Shown piece by piece: positions 1 through 21,610 of a stretch of 64,000 nt of DNA. The position numbers were made by a program, and so were the translations under genes. Each line of letters begins with the position of its first letter. Positions within the stretch are counted from its first letter, which is position 1. The DNA is taken from positions 205,443-269,442 of the forward strand of contig JAQGDQ010000323.1 of the NCBI GenBank assembly GCA_030141605.1. Direction: 5' to 3'. Under the pieces are notes generated by a model. The model saw only the letters and a list, made by a program, of their open reading frames with translations. It had not been told where the DNA came from and made no database searches. Source of the stretch: Tubiluchus corallicola (taxonomy: Eukaryota > Animalia > Priapulida).

Positions 1-912
1 CTGTTGCTTTGGAATAGTTGTATCCATTCTTCTTTTTGTATGTGGTACGAGTGTGTTGTAACGATTGTATTGCTTGAGCAAAGCACATACGAATAAATGG
101 TAAATAAATAATCAAATTCATTGCGTCAAAGTAGTAGTAGCGAGAGCTACTACAATCTGTGTAGAAAATGATATTTATCATTTTAAAAATATTTTGCGTA
201 ATATACGTATGACCATAGGTGTTGTGTTTTAAATTCTTGTAATGGTTTATTAAAGCATGTAATTTACAATAATTTACAATTTTATATGCTCCAAAATTTT
301 TGCTTACTGGAATGTACTTTTAATGCAGGTCATTTTTGTAAATATTTTAACTATTTTCTCTTGTTATTTTTTCTGTAAATCGTAAGTTTATGTTTTTATA
401 ACTAGTTTTTTTTGTAATTATTGTATTTTTATGGCTTAAGAATATGTCTGCGAGCTGAGATAAATAATAAAATAAAGATTAAATAAAATAATACTAAATA
501 TGAATCGCAAAGATCAGTGTCAAAATCAAGATTCTGCAAAACATCCGCCAGATGTCTCACAATATTTTGTCTTTCAAACAGCGGTCAATGGGGATCGTTC
601 TTGTACTTCTTAACCTCCGCTCTGCCTTTCAGGATAGTTCCAGTGTGCTCGGTCTGTTGAATTTCCAGACCATCCAGTTCGATTTATCCAATTATATCTC
701 TCATGTTTGTTGTATGTGTGAGACGCAGTAGGCATCCACACAGAACATTGAGGCACGATAGACTGTTTACTGATTTAGCGCCATTTTGATGTAATAAATT
801 GCTCCGAACTATTACTTGTTGTTTTTGTATCCTCCCTAACAAAAGGTTGCGTACCACCCTGTCGAATTAAATTGATACTAAAGCGTAGCAAATAGTTACA
901 GTAATTAACGAA

Positions 913-3900
913 TTACTTGCTGCGAAATTCTGTAACTGCTGAGGTTTTCTGAAACACCATCTGCTCTGTAAATAAACCTGCCAAAGCAAACGCCATGCCA
1001 GCTAAAAGAACGTAAAATGGAAGGGAAACACGACTGAGTCCAAGAGACCCCTGTTGTCGAGTCCTTGTACTAACAGCAGTTGTCATCACCGGGCATTCCC
1101 TATTCATTGGCCACCACTTTGCATATAATTCTTGCAGAATGCCGTGTTGATTCATATCCATCAAGCTGAAAGGTAAAATGTTTTTTTTTATTTTTTTACT
1201 GTCAAATGTCGTTTCTCTGTCATTTTTTCCTACTTTATTTTTAATAAATGTTTCATACTTATGGCCTTGTTATTTAAAGAGTGTCACATCATACAGGTTA
1301 CTCTAAACATTCCCCGTTATGGAACAGCAACGAGTCACGATAAAACGTTTAATATCGTTTTCAGTTTCGGCCTTATGTTAACTGCAAGGGTAGTAACAAC
1401 ATTGTAATATTCAAATTACATTAATAAAGATCTCCTTCAAATTAACCTGTCCACATTGCAAGCATGAAATCACTTGTTGTTGTATTGGCAATGATGTAGT
1501 AATACCAAAGAATAGTTTAAGGATGATTTAATCCATATCGTTCTTCATATCATAATCATTCAAGTAAAAGAGGTTGCCTATTTTTTTAATACAGCAGCAC
1601 CCCTCCATTACATGTTTCAGAAGCAACTTTGAAAATCATAAACTACCAGTTATTGTACCTCATAGAAAATGATTCCAAATATGGGAAGTGCTTTCGGAAA
1701 GGAATGGCGAAAAGTACAGGTGAAAAAGTCTCTTCGCTTAACACAAAATCACAGCTGTGACTGACTTCATACAGATGTGATTGATGATCTCCAATTTTGG
1801 CAAAACTCCCACGCCTTGTTCGCACCTTGTCAAAACCTTCCTGGTTAGTGTTAAATAAGCGTTCAGCTGGATTCTCGTTTATGTGATCCCAAGCTTTGCG
1901 AATAGACGGGTCATCAGAAGTCTAGAAGAAAATGAAATTTCTTATCAGTTTCAGTTTTGAATTTCAATTTAGGGTGTTGCTGAGATAGTCACGAAAACTT
2001 TCCAAATCATGTCGTTTTCTAAAAAGTGAAAGCATCTCACATCTCCCATAAAGAATTGGTTTGAAATCGATAATCAAATTTCTTAACCAGATTTTTGAAA
2101 ATGGTGATAATGCGTTTTTGTTTTTTGCATTTTTAGAACACGACTTGATTTGGAAAATGTTCGAAATTTGTGACCTCACTTACCTTTCAGGAGTAGAGTG
2201 TGAGAGAGAATTAGATATGAAGAAGAAAAAGAAAGAAATTGGGAAGAAAGGGAAGAATGAGAGCACAAATGAATAAAAGAAAGAACACGGAAGAAGAAAA
2301 CAGAATAGTAGTAAAAGGAAAAGAAGGATGCAAAGTAGGAAAAGTGCATAAGTAACCAGGAGAAAAAAGAAAATTTAAAAAAGAAGAAAAAGGAATCAAG
2401 AAGAAATAAAAAGTAAGAAAATAATGAATTAAATCAATCCTATATTACCTGCATCAAAACTTCTAACAATGTTCCCTGAATCATTCCATAATCAATATCT
2501 GTTTGATCAGCTAGGTCCTGGATACTGTTTATTGTGTACTGAATTTTGCTGATTGTCAGGAAGGCCATCAGGTTAGCAGTGTACGCTGCTATGATGATAA
2601 TTCGAAATGCCCATAAGAAAGCGGTAACAATTCGATCCGAGGCAGCAGTAACTTCGCAATTAGGGTCTAGAAAAATGTCGGAAGTAATGGTAAAACCAAA
2701 GATTTAATTTTAACTATGATTGGCTAGAATTAATAAAACTTGTTGCTCATATTGTACGGCAAATTTGTTGCAGTAAGAGGCGATGCTGAAAATTGAGAAT
2801 ACTTCGGGAGCTGAACTCGAGATAAGAGGATTACGGGAACTTGTTCTGGCCATCTGAGCTATGTACTCACATGGAGAAATCAGCTCCTTTTCACCCATAT
2901 AGTCTGCGAAAGACTAATTGTTCTTTAATACAAACAGCACGGTTTATTAAATTTGGGTAATCACGGTTAAATCATCTCTTTAAGTGAGTTACTAACTAAC
3001 TAACTGATTAACTAATTAATTGAAAGAGGAAAACCCTTTTAGAAAAATGAACCAAGGTCACTATGACACATTTTCATTACTGTACTACTTGTTATTTCAA
3101 GTAACATCTAACTGCCAGTTTGCAATGAATGAGCTTCTTAATTAAACTTGAATTATTACAATAAATATCTCGAATTCCTATCGTAAAACTTGTACATATA
3201 ATGTCTTTGACGTGATGTCAACTTCTTGACTGCTTTTTTTCGAGAAGTAACTTTTGAATCACGAAACGTCATTCTGTTTACGATTTAAAATATGTTTATT
3301 TATTGAACCACCATTACTTACGTACAAACGTCAGCAACAAATAAACAAGACAGCTTTAATCAACAGCAAAAGATTCATTTACTAGAGAAAAAGATCTATT
3401 TTACAAAGAAATATTCCGGCTTGAGGCGTATAGGAACGTTTAATTAGTAGCAGTTACGCTTTAGTAATAACTACTTAAACAATCAACAAAATAAAGTTTC
3501 AAAACGAACATTGAAGTGCAAGTAACGTACCGTAAAAAGGGCTGAATAGGGACAATTTTTAAAATGAAGGTGTCATAACGTTTTCTTAGTTTTTACATTT
3601 TAAGTGTGTTTAGCACTTATCTAGCCAGATACATAGGTCTATCTATCGAAGGTAGTGTTCTTACGATAAAAATCATCGCATATTGTTTTTTAATTTAAAA
3701 ACAAGTGTCAGTAATAATCCCGCCTTTTGGGATGAATAGGGACTGCCTAATTTTTGGTTCTTATATCCATCTTGGATTACATGAAGTGAAAAGGGACACA
3801 ACTTAGGTTTAAAAACGTGTTTTAAAGTCAGTTACTTTGATATTTAGGACAAATTTAAAAAACTTTGTTAGATAGCACTGCTCCTAGATTGCACAACTTG

Positions 3901-6390
3901 TTACATATCATCAAGCATCATAATTCGCCATTCTCTCCAATTGACGTCATATCTTAGAACTAAACCCAACATTTTAGGATGGGCTGTAGCTTCCACAATT
4001 TGCTCATTGTATTGTGATGTTCTTGTGTTGTTTAAATCTTGTTTTCTTGAATTGTTTTTCAGCAGTTAGCATGCAAGGTATGGCATATATGTTATACATC
4101 TATGGCATGCTGTCCCGGTTCACCATGCTTTTTATATCAAGCGAAGTCCAAATTTCACAAAAAACAGAGTAACTAAAAACTGAAAAAAACTGTGAGCTAT
4201 TATACTGAACATAAGAAAATCAATTGCCAATAGATTCCTTTGCAGATAGTACGTGCATCAGGTTGGTTTATAAAATTATAATGACCTATTATATTGCTTA
4301 TTCGTGGAATGTAGTACGATTTAATAACTTTTCTTGTCTTTTGTCCCTATTCACCCACCGTCCCTAATCACCTCGTTTTACGGTTTTCAATAATCCTATG
4401 AAATTAACACTCACCATGCAGTAGGAGCGTGCCATAAGTAAACCATATTGATTCCAGAAGATTCCGTGGACGTGACGTTTTTTCAATTTTAATGGCTGTT
4501 GGAGAATTGCGGCGAATCACCCATAATGACACGCCCACCACCAAGCCAGTTGCGCAGAGACACCACCAGATGCCGCCAGAAATTGGCTTCATTAGCATTG
4601 TTTGTCTGATTTCGCTTTCTTGTGTCTTGCGGAACATCAGGACGCTCTGTGATGTCTGCAGGAATGGGACAGTGAAGTTGACAGCAAGCTGTCTTTCTGG
4701 ACTGTAAGCAAACGCTTGCAATGCAAAGTCGGCTTCCTATAATAATATCTTCATTTAACACACTGCAGGCCAGTGACAGTATAAATCGCTCACATGCATG
4801 GACTAAACAATCAGGTAGTTGAGATACCGAGTTAGCTGATTGGCCAGGTAGTCAGTTTACCGGTCGGTCGGTCAGTCGAGCAGTCGGTCAGTCAGTCAGT
4901 CAATCAGTTAGTCAGTCAATCAGTCAGTTAGTCAGTCAGTTAGTCGGTCGGTTGGTCGGTCAGTCGAACAGTTGGCCAGTCAGTCAGTTAGTCAGTCGGT
5001 CGGTCGGTTGGTCGGTCAGTCGAACAGTCGGTCAGTCAGTCAGTCAGTCAGTCAGTCAGTCAGTCAGTCAGTCAGTCAGTCAGTCAGTCAGTCACTCAGT
5101 CAGTCAGTCAGTCAGTCAGTCAGTCAGTCAGTCAGTCAGTCAGTCAGTCAGTCAGTCAGTCAGTCAGTCAGTCAGTCAGTCAGTCAGTCAGTCAGTCAGT
5201 CAGTCAGTTGCCACAACGTTAGTTAGTTAAGAAAAGCAAAACCACTGCCACTGCTTCTATACTCCCTTCAAATAGTTTAAATGCAATAGTACCATAATAC
5301 CATAATACCATACATGCAATAATAATGTGTATTGAGAAGAGGTCTTTACGTTACGTTGGAGTTGCCCGATAATGCCGTTCCAACTTCCGTTCGGTTCTAG
5401 AGATCCAAATTTATCATCAGGTGGCGATATAACTTTATACCTACAATCAATTGAAATAAAGTTATTGGTGTTGTTGTTGTGGTTGCGGTTGCGGATGCTG
5501 TTGCTGTTGCTGTTACTGTCAGTATCAGCGTCAGTGTTGTTATCGTCTTATCGATGTCATTGTCCTTGTTACTAATGTCGCTGTTGTCAGCAGTATCATC
5601 GTTATTATAGTTATTGCTTAACAGGTAATTGCAGTTACATACCTGAAATTAAGCCTCCTAGATAACTCATGGAAGATGTCAATAATATAGCCAATGTATG
5701 TCCCATTTCCTGCATCCATAACAAATGGTGGTTCCTAAAGAAAACAAAAACACAAAATATAAGCACTGGACAAACTGCGTTTTTAAGGTGGTGCAGTTGT
5801 GTAGCTGTCTGCTTCATAATAATTGTTGTAAAGGATGTGGGAATAGAGATCATTAGAAATCTACTGCAATATACAAAGTCATACCGGAAGCGTTGAAGCA
5901 AGTAGCTCTTTGCCATTATATCCCACATACTCAAACGAGTTGGGAAACAGGTGAGGCTTTTCCTTCTGGCAACATCTTTTGCTTTTCAAATGTGGCTCTA
6001 GTGTAAGTCCATTCATGGGTGAGTACACGCCAGCTCTTTCAAATTTCGTACGGTTGACACGCGTTGCAAGCGTCAGCACCTCCACAATAGTTGTCCCAGT
6101 AGAGTTAATAACCGATTGTGCAGTATTGTTGTCATATGCTCTAAAAGTGATGATGTTGGCATGGTGATGATGTTGGCGTATCCAGAGAAGGAGAAGTTCC
6201 TTGCCGAGTTCATTTAGGGGTGCGTTGACGATGTAGTATCCAGCGCTGGCAAGCAAATTGTTCTCCTGGTCATTTAGCTAAAATGGTAATTATGGTGATG
6301 ATGACGATGATCGTCATCGTTGTCATCATCATTATTATTATTATTATCATCACCCATCATAAAAATCATCATCGATCAAAAATCATGATT

Positions 6391-6431
<41 letters not shown>

Positions 6432-6478
6432 GCTCCTCCTCTTCATCATCATCAATAATAATAGTAATAATAATAATA

Positions 6479-6513
<35 letters not shown>

Positions 6514-6550
6514 GATGATGATGATGAAGATGATGATGATGATGATGATG

Positions 6551-6589
<39 letters not shown>

Positions 6590-7643
6590 CAATCATGTTG
6601 GTGAAATGTTGGCAGTATTAGTGCAGAATTTAGCTAGTGAAAACTTCGTGATTTAAGATTGAAGTTTAAAGCCAATTCAATGCCATTTTTAAACACTTTT
6701 GAATACTGTAAACTCAACGACAGGGCCTGCTTAGTTTGCATGGCTGTGGCAAGACCGGAGCCTAGCTTATTATCAGCCCTAGAAGAAGTGTTTTAACCAC
6801 GTTTTGGTATGAATATACTCTCCATCGTCGAGATAGACAGTTGGATTTAGCACGGTAAATGAAACTTCCCAGTGCGAGTATTGAACTCGGCAGTGATTTT
6901 ATTTTATCGCACAATAAGGCGGAAAGGCGTATCTCACGAAGCAATGTTTATATTGCTAACTCTCTTACATGTCTGAAAAAGTGCAGTGTTTCTTCCAGTG
7001 ATAAAAGCACAAGAGCCGTGTATTCTTTCAAGGCTGATCCGTCGGTCAGTCTATCAGTTGCTGACATGAAGGATTGATAGTGCATCTCCGCGTTCCATTT
7101 CAACAAGACGGCATATATGTCAAGTAAGGATAACTTCGTCAAAACCGAAGATATACATTTATTTCCTGTAACACAAAGATAAATGTTAGTTCAGTTTTTA
7201 CCTCGAAATAGAGGCTGTTCACGTTTCACCCACAAACAAGTGTAGGGGGATAACAGTGACAACTGAGCTAATATTGCTAAATTAAGGATATAGCGAAATT
7301 TTAATGATATAGTTAAATATTCGGTTGTTTCTAACAAATTAAAACCAATTAACAATAAAGAGACAGGTTAATTAGAAAAAAACGTATGCTTACCGTATTC
7401 TTCGTCGAATATCACCACAATTTTTCTTATCCTCATCATTCTCACAAGTTCCAAAGAAGCCAGGCAAGTAATGTTGTCATCACTTTGGCCAGCGTCGGTT
7501 TCGTGGTAATAAACGCTCTTAAAGCTGGTGAAGTTGCAGTTCAAACAACGGCCTGTACTGGGATGATCCGTCGAATTTCTTATTAAAGTCATAAACAAAG
7601 CCAACAGGAAGAGGGCAATTGGTGGCCAACGTTGAAAATACAT
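913..7643 (-). CDS. Divergent ionotropic glutamate receptor family subunit (iGluR/IR-like), 9 coding exons, ~692 aa
   Basis: Phase-consistent GT-AG exons: 7643-7394, 7165-6969, 6277-5885, 5734-5643, 5440-5350, 4736-4415, 2666-2449, 1921-1659, 1165-913. Signal peptide MYFQRWPPIALFLLALF; S1 motifs EPPFVM..GYIIDIF, PDDKFGS..NGSWNGIIGQL, ADFALQAFAYSPERQLAVNFTVPF; M1; M2 ESIWFTYGTLL; M3 AYTANLMAFLT; S2 INSIQDLADQTDIDYG; GILQELYAKWW..C; M4. A further small 3' exon is possible. Confidence 0.9.
3530..4383. mobile_element. Non-autonomous DNA transposon/MITE (Tc1/pogo-like TIRs) in an iGluR intron
   Basis: Left end (TA)CCGTAAAAAGGGCTGAATAGGGACAA and right end TCCCTAATCACCTCGTTTTACGG form imperfect terminal inverted repeats; sub-terminal repeats GAATAGGGAC; no ORF. 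Confidence 0.6.
4850..5208. repeat. (GTCA)n tetranucleotide microsatellite with degenerate 5' part
   Basis: Directly visible; it generates the spurious SQSV ORFs. Confidence 0.97.
6290..6585. repeat. Compound trinucleotide microsatellite (ATC/GAT/AAT)
   Basis: Directly visible; intronic. Confidence 0.95.
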
Positions 7644-10600
7644 TGTTTTTGTAAGGAGGTGACTGAGAATGATTTCACACACTTGTAAAAGTTTTGCACA
7701 TGCGCATCTATGCCGGATAAATAGTCCGCCTGTACAAAAAATTTCTTAAGTTTTCTAATTTATGATAACAGTGAGTCGCGATTGCTGCACGACATTTTCG
7801 TATTGAATTTCCTAATCAGCACGTCAATGATACAAACGTCTGTATTGCGTTACACCTTACATTTTTCATAGACGTGGCTCCTTTTATGCTCATTTTTTTC
7901 TATAAGAATTAGGTAGAATGGTACATGGTGAAGTGGTCAATAAATCTTGCTACATAATAGTGGCTAGTAACACTAGGTTGTAATCGTGCTTGAGTATTTG
8001 TTTGAACAGTAAAACTGGGCTGATTGCATTCCGTACAGGTGCAACTACTATGATGGCACAATACATCAGTATTATATTACTTGGCTTCCTGCTTTCCATA
8101 GCGCAAGGCTTGGGACATTAGTATAAAAGCCATACGCAGTTCATGCCAATAAGGTTCCAAAAACGGTCTTCTGGCACGCAGATTAAATCAAAATATTTAC
8201 ATACACAAGATGGGGCCACATCATGTCAAATTGATAATTGATAATTCACCAAAAAACACACTTATGCATAAGTGTAGAAACATGCCAGATGTTAAACTTG
8301 GGACCAGTGCTACGCTAAATATTATGGCTTTTGACACAGGGTCGTCCGATTTAATCATTTAATCACGATTTAGTAAAAAAACGACGTTGTTTTATCAAAT
8401 CTTTATAAATAATAATAGTGAACCAAAATGCGTTTGGAACGCCTCTAGATGCTGCAATCCGGTATAGATTCAGGTATAGATCGTACCACCTATATTTCCA
8501 CCTATTCATTGAATTTGCCATTTTGACTCTTCGGAATTCCGTCAATGAAATCAGTGCTTATCACATCTGGGCTGCCAATTCTTGGATCAAGGATCTGAAA
8601 GTCTATTAAGTTACCCATGCTTTTGATTACCCGTAAACCACATCTCATTTTAATGAATTGGTCTTAAGTTTTTGACCTCTGACCCTTGTGCCATGACTTA
8701 GGAAACAACCAATCTCGAGACAACTAATCAGGTATCAAATGTAGTTCAATTTGTTTCATTGAGACTTTCATTTAATTTACTAAAAGATATTGTTGCTCAA
8801 CAATAGAAAAATGTCTTTGTCCAAACCCAGTTTCAGTTTTTGGCCCCAAGTGGAAAAACACACCTAATCGATGACCAGCCGTCTAAAAGAGCACGACTAC
8901 ACCTGGTACCAAATTGACCTTGGGACAATTTCGTCTAAATATTCTGTCCGGTTGCCGTAGCAACTGATTGCATGCAAAATTCCTTGGCAAAAAGTTTGAA
9001 CCCAGGTATCCGTAGGGGTATAAATTGCAAATAGATCTCGCTTGTTGCTGTCTTACAGACTCTAGCATTTACTAGTCAGTCTGGAAGCAAAAACATAATA
9101 ATAATTGTGCTATTTTACTGTATTATACTAGTGCGTTTTTGAACAGAATAATGCAATATGTACTGTTTTAATGCTTCAAATTATTTAAAAACTTGTTGAT
9201 AAAATAAAAATGGCTTTAAGCAAAGTATCAAATCTTTGTTAGAGTGAAACATGCGTCGTTAAGTGAGAAAAAGGTGTTAAATCTTCAGAGACGCTAAAAC
9301 GAAACGTGACTAAATGGGAAGACGTTAAGCAAGGACTTACAGTACATAAATATATTTTATTCTGTTTTTTGTAATAGAGTTCTCTTATGATTATGCAGTG
9401 AAAATAGGTGGTTGTGGTGGGAGCAAAATCTGGTTTATTATCAAGACTAATTTGCACAGTCATTTCCCTACAATGAGGCACTGAACCAGCAGGGTGTCTC
9501 AGACATGTTGGCCCTAAGAATACATCCTTTTACTGAGTATACAGCCAGAATTTGTTTTGAATAAAACCACCCAGTGTGCTCAAATGCCTTGGTTGCCCAT
9601 CCAGGGAAAAATCCTGGTATTGCTTAACTTTGTTTGCTAAGTACCCCAGTTACATTGAATAGGCGAGTTTTATTTCGTATTCTATGCAAACTTTCGTGGC
9701 TTCTGCGTTTGGTAGATTTTAATTTTGCTTGGTGCTGCCAATGATTTTCTACACTGCGTGACATGTCGTCGTGAGATACCCGTGTTTGGCACACCATCTG
9801 GACAAGATGTGTTTGTGTATGGCGTAATTGATGAGATTCAATGTGACCAACAAATGTTTCAGTTGGACCTTGAAAACTAGAGAAAATGAAAAGATTATAT
9901 ATTGTTAATCGCTGTAGTTGTTTATAAGGTAACGGGTGCTATTGATGCCAGTAATGATATGTATTACATTTCTGGTGTTACAAACTGACGGTATTACTTA
10001 CTTTCGAAGACTAATACATTGTATAATATTTTGATTTCATTTCTTGTGGGTATTCGTACATGTTTTCATAGTGCATGACAGAGGTTTGTACTCGACAAAA
10101 GTAAACCTCCCACGGAATGTATGGAACTTTGGGTATTTGCTGTTTGTGCAATACCTCATTAAATATAGATTTTGCACCTAACATCAGACACCACGCTTGC
10201 CAGATTGTTCCACGTCCTGGATTCTAAATATACGTGAAGACTCGTAATTGTGTTTAATCGACGTGATTTCACTGGAGAGTATTGTACCCTGTACAGTTTC
10301 TGTTAAGTAAACTAAAAATTCTCTAAGTTAGTTGCCTTAGTTTTACAGCACTAATTGCACGTTTAGGCCTTTACAATGTGAATCTGCTGGCTATTATTTT
10401 CAAGTGATGATGTACAGAAAACTATTTGATGACGTTATTCGTGGTGCTTTGACCAAACGTACATTTGAAAAGCATTTGAGACTCGACCTCAAAGTTTGTC
10501 ACAATGGTGACCTGCTGGAGAAAGTATGCGGTTCGTTCAGCTGTGAAAATTTGGGTGATGTTTTAGCGAGACATTTTCACGAATGCGAGCGCTGCCTCTT

Positions 10601-12689
10601 ATTGGCCATCTTAAAATCGAGTATTGTCATCAAAGTGACATGAAAGTTTTATTTCGCCAAGGTGAGTTATGACGAAAAGTGGTTGCAAGAAAAGTTCGTT
10701 CAATTTGCAGAGTTATGGCAAGGGCGTCGACAGGCGGTAGGTGTGGATATCGAAGAGCCAACGTTGTCAGTTCCACGGTGAGTGTGTCTGGCGGTTGAAG
10801 AAGGTGATTGAACTTCCAGAGAACAAAAGGGGAAGACAAGAGTATGACAGTACTACTATGTACGAATACGTGTGATCTCAAAAATTTGTGAGTGTGATAT
10901 GAGTTTGGAAACAGCTTCTCTTCTGAATTAAAAACTCATGATCATTTTAAGTGGCGCATGACTGGCGTTAGTGCTAATGAAAGATTGAAAAATCTGTCTT
11001 CTGATGGTGTGTAGCTGCTATTAGTATAAATTATGGTCAGGCGGTGCTTGTCACAAAGTAAACTTTGTGGTCAATATAATTTTTTTACAGAAACTAGCAT
11101 GTAAATGTGCAATGATAAGCAGAGGTATTTTGTATTAACTTTAATCTCGGACAGGATGCTGAAATATTTTGAAAGATGGGATTTCTGTTTGATTTATTCT
11201 TGAAGTGCCTTGTGCAAGCTACTTAAGCTCAAATTGTTTAGATTTCCATATTTTAAATGAACTAATTAGAAACAAAAACCCAACAAAAACACACAAACCC
11301 CACCAACAAAACACCTAACTTTCTTCACTTCACGACAGGTAGTATCTGATTAGAATTAGAGTCATGTAACTACATAGAAGCTGTCAACAATTTTCCTATA
11401 AATGTATAGGAAAGCACTTTCTACCTTACATTTTATGACATAGGGCATTTCTTGAAAGGAAAACCGGATGATTGTGTAAACATTAGTTCAGAATAAAGAA
11501 TGCTCTAAAATATTGAAAACTACAACAAGGCTCAGATTAAATAATAATTACCTTGTATACTCAAATTTCGTTAAACTTTTAAAGCTACGCGCGGCTCAGT
11601 GAATCTAATAAGATTGGCAACGACGTCTTTTTGTCACTTTCGCGTGACTGACAAATAGAAGGCGGTACCGTGATAAGCATGATCGTGAACTACAGTTTTA
11701 GTTTCGACGTAATATGGTGTAGACTCCATTTTTCGTGACATCATGCGTTTAAACAGTACTGTAACACTTATGCACAAGGGAAGACGCGTGCTATTGCACA
11801 AACTGTGGTTATTTTCTGACGTAATCAATAGCTGTGTTCGGTTGCCGCTAATTAACCTTCTAAGCTAATTATCGAAATATACGGAACAATTGTTAACTTT
11901 TATAGGCAAGAAAATGTATATTTTTGACAGTATATTAAAATAAGATGAAGTATAAACAATCGTTCGGTCTTCTTTGAAGCAAAGCTCGTGATGTGGTTTT
12001 CGCATATAAATTTTTTCGTCTTAGATCATCTTACTGAAAGCGAAAATAAATGTTGCCAATTGGCATGCCAAATCTTATGAATGATTCGAAAATGCACCCA
12101 CTCTTATGGTGAGGCAGGCCTTTGTCAAACGACGATAATGGTTATTGTAAGTTCAAAGGTCTAAAGTTACACCCGGACAGTGCAATAGTCCCTCTTATGC
12201 CCAGTTATCTATGTTATTTGTTTGCTGTGGGTGCAGTTTTATTGACCTTTGCATACGTGCACTAGATAGAATACTAGTATGTAATAGCAGTTGTGTAAAT
12301 AAAGTAGCTATCGTCATGGTGTTACAACAATTTTCTGAATAATATTTTCACGATTATTTTTCTTCGCTTGTTTGTAGGTTTTCGTATACATGTGCTCGCG
12401 CTATGTTCCTCTTCAAAGTAATGTTGGACAAATTTTTAATTTTGTTGATATGTAACATTTTGCTGTTTTTGATTTCAGGTTGGTATCAAAACAGTATGTG
12501 GTGCTTTTGTTTGTAGGTTACATTACATATTTTGGCTTCATTGCATTAAGTTTCTTAATTTGCATTAATTTTTAGTGTACAACTTTCGATTAATTTATTT
12601 TGCACAAATTTGACGATTTTATTAAAGTTTTGCAGGGGTGTTGCTTAAAACGCTAGCAAAATAGAAGAAAATTTGTCTTCTTAATTTAG

Positions 12690-20543
<7,854 letters not shown>

Positions 20544-20685
20544 GTCAGTGAAGTAGCGTCACCATAGCATGTTTAGTTCTATATGCAGTTTTATTGGTTT
20601 GTAATCATAATTTATTACATGTTGCTCCTGTATTATATTATACCTATATGTTTTTTACATTATTTATAACCCCCTTATAACCTCG

Positions 20686-21165
20686 TGTGTTATATAGGGA
20701 TTTGTGTTAGGAGAACTGTACTGGTTTTTTTCAAAACAATGTAAAATTTAACTATTGGATTTAACTATTTGGCAAATATAATAAAACTGATATTGATAGA
20801 AAGACAAACGCATTTTATTATGTGCTGCGTTACAGCAGTGTATTTTTATTTTTTCTTGTTTAACCATCATTGCCAGTCAACTGTTTAAGCAATACTTCGT
20901 GTGTTATTTATTGTTGTAGAACTGTGGAAAACTATAGAAATGTACTGGCTTTTTAAAATGTATTATTTAAATATTGGATCACAACTCGCCCGTTTGGTAA
21001 TTATAATAAAATTATATTGACAGAAAAACTAAGGCATTCTTGCTATGTGATGCGTTACAACAGCGTATTTTCTGTTTAATCCATTACCGGTCAACTGTTG
21101 ATGCGTAGCGTGTGTTATTTACAGTAACGTGTTACGAGAAGTGTACTGAGTTTAACAAAATGTGT
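20686..21165. repeat. Diverged ~210-bp tandem duplication (just over 2 copies)
   Basis: Recurring blocks GTGTGTTAT..TGTACTG, TATAATAAAA..TATTGA.AGAAA and GCGTTACA.CAG.GTATTTT..GTCAACTGTT. Confidence 0.65.
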
Positions 21166-21610
21166 AAGTTAAATTAGTGTTACGTTTGATACGCATGACC
21201 ACCTACTTCGTTGTTCAAGGTGACAGCAAGAAGCACTCAATCACAATTTTTTTCTTTAGACATATCACTTGTGAAAATTACATTTCAATCATATTGAATG
21301 AATTACGTCATAAAAAGGAATTATAAGCAATCATAATTGTCTGAGAACAAAATTGTTAATCCTATGTAACAGTTGATACTTTGATAATCAGTTTTTTTTA
21401 ACAAACTTTACATGACTGTAGTAATTTTTTTAATTACATACAGATGTCCGACTTCTCCGTGACTCCGTGATTTCCGAATAAGGAAGTCATGAGATTTTGT
21501 AATGTCATGTACTTCTTTCGTATGTTACTAAGCAAAAAGAAATTATTGATCATGCGTACGAATATCAAGAGGACTGTGTCCACGCCAAGTTGCTTAAAAG
21601 AAATAAGCGG

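Noticed and set aside
4952-6621. Low-complexity ORFs (SQSV, poly-I/D/N/L/S), and similar ones at 13549-13869, 20040-20319, 40375-40689 and 44448-44982
   Set aside because: They are translations of microsatellites inside introns.
6610-6780. Extra iGluR ATD exon (..ELALNFNLKSRSFH*)
   Set aside because: It contains an in-frame TAG, has no convincing donor site, and the flanking exons already join in phase 0.
7700-12400. Short ORFs in the intergenic region (e.g. 10404-10643, 10630-10881)
   Set aside because: No recognisable motifs or phase-consistent exon chain; probably intergenic DNA or transposon debris.
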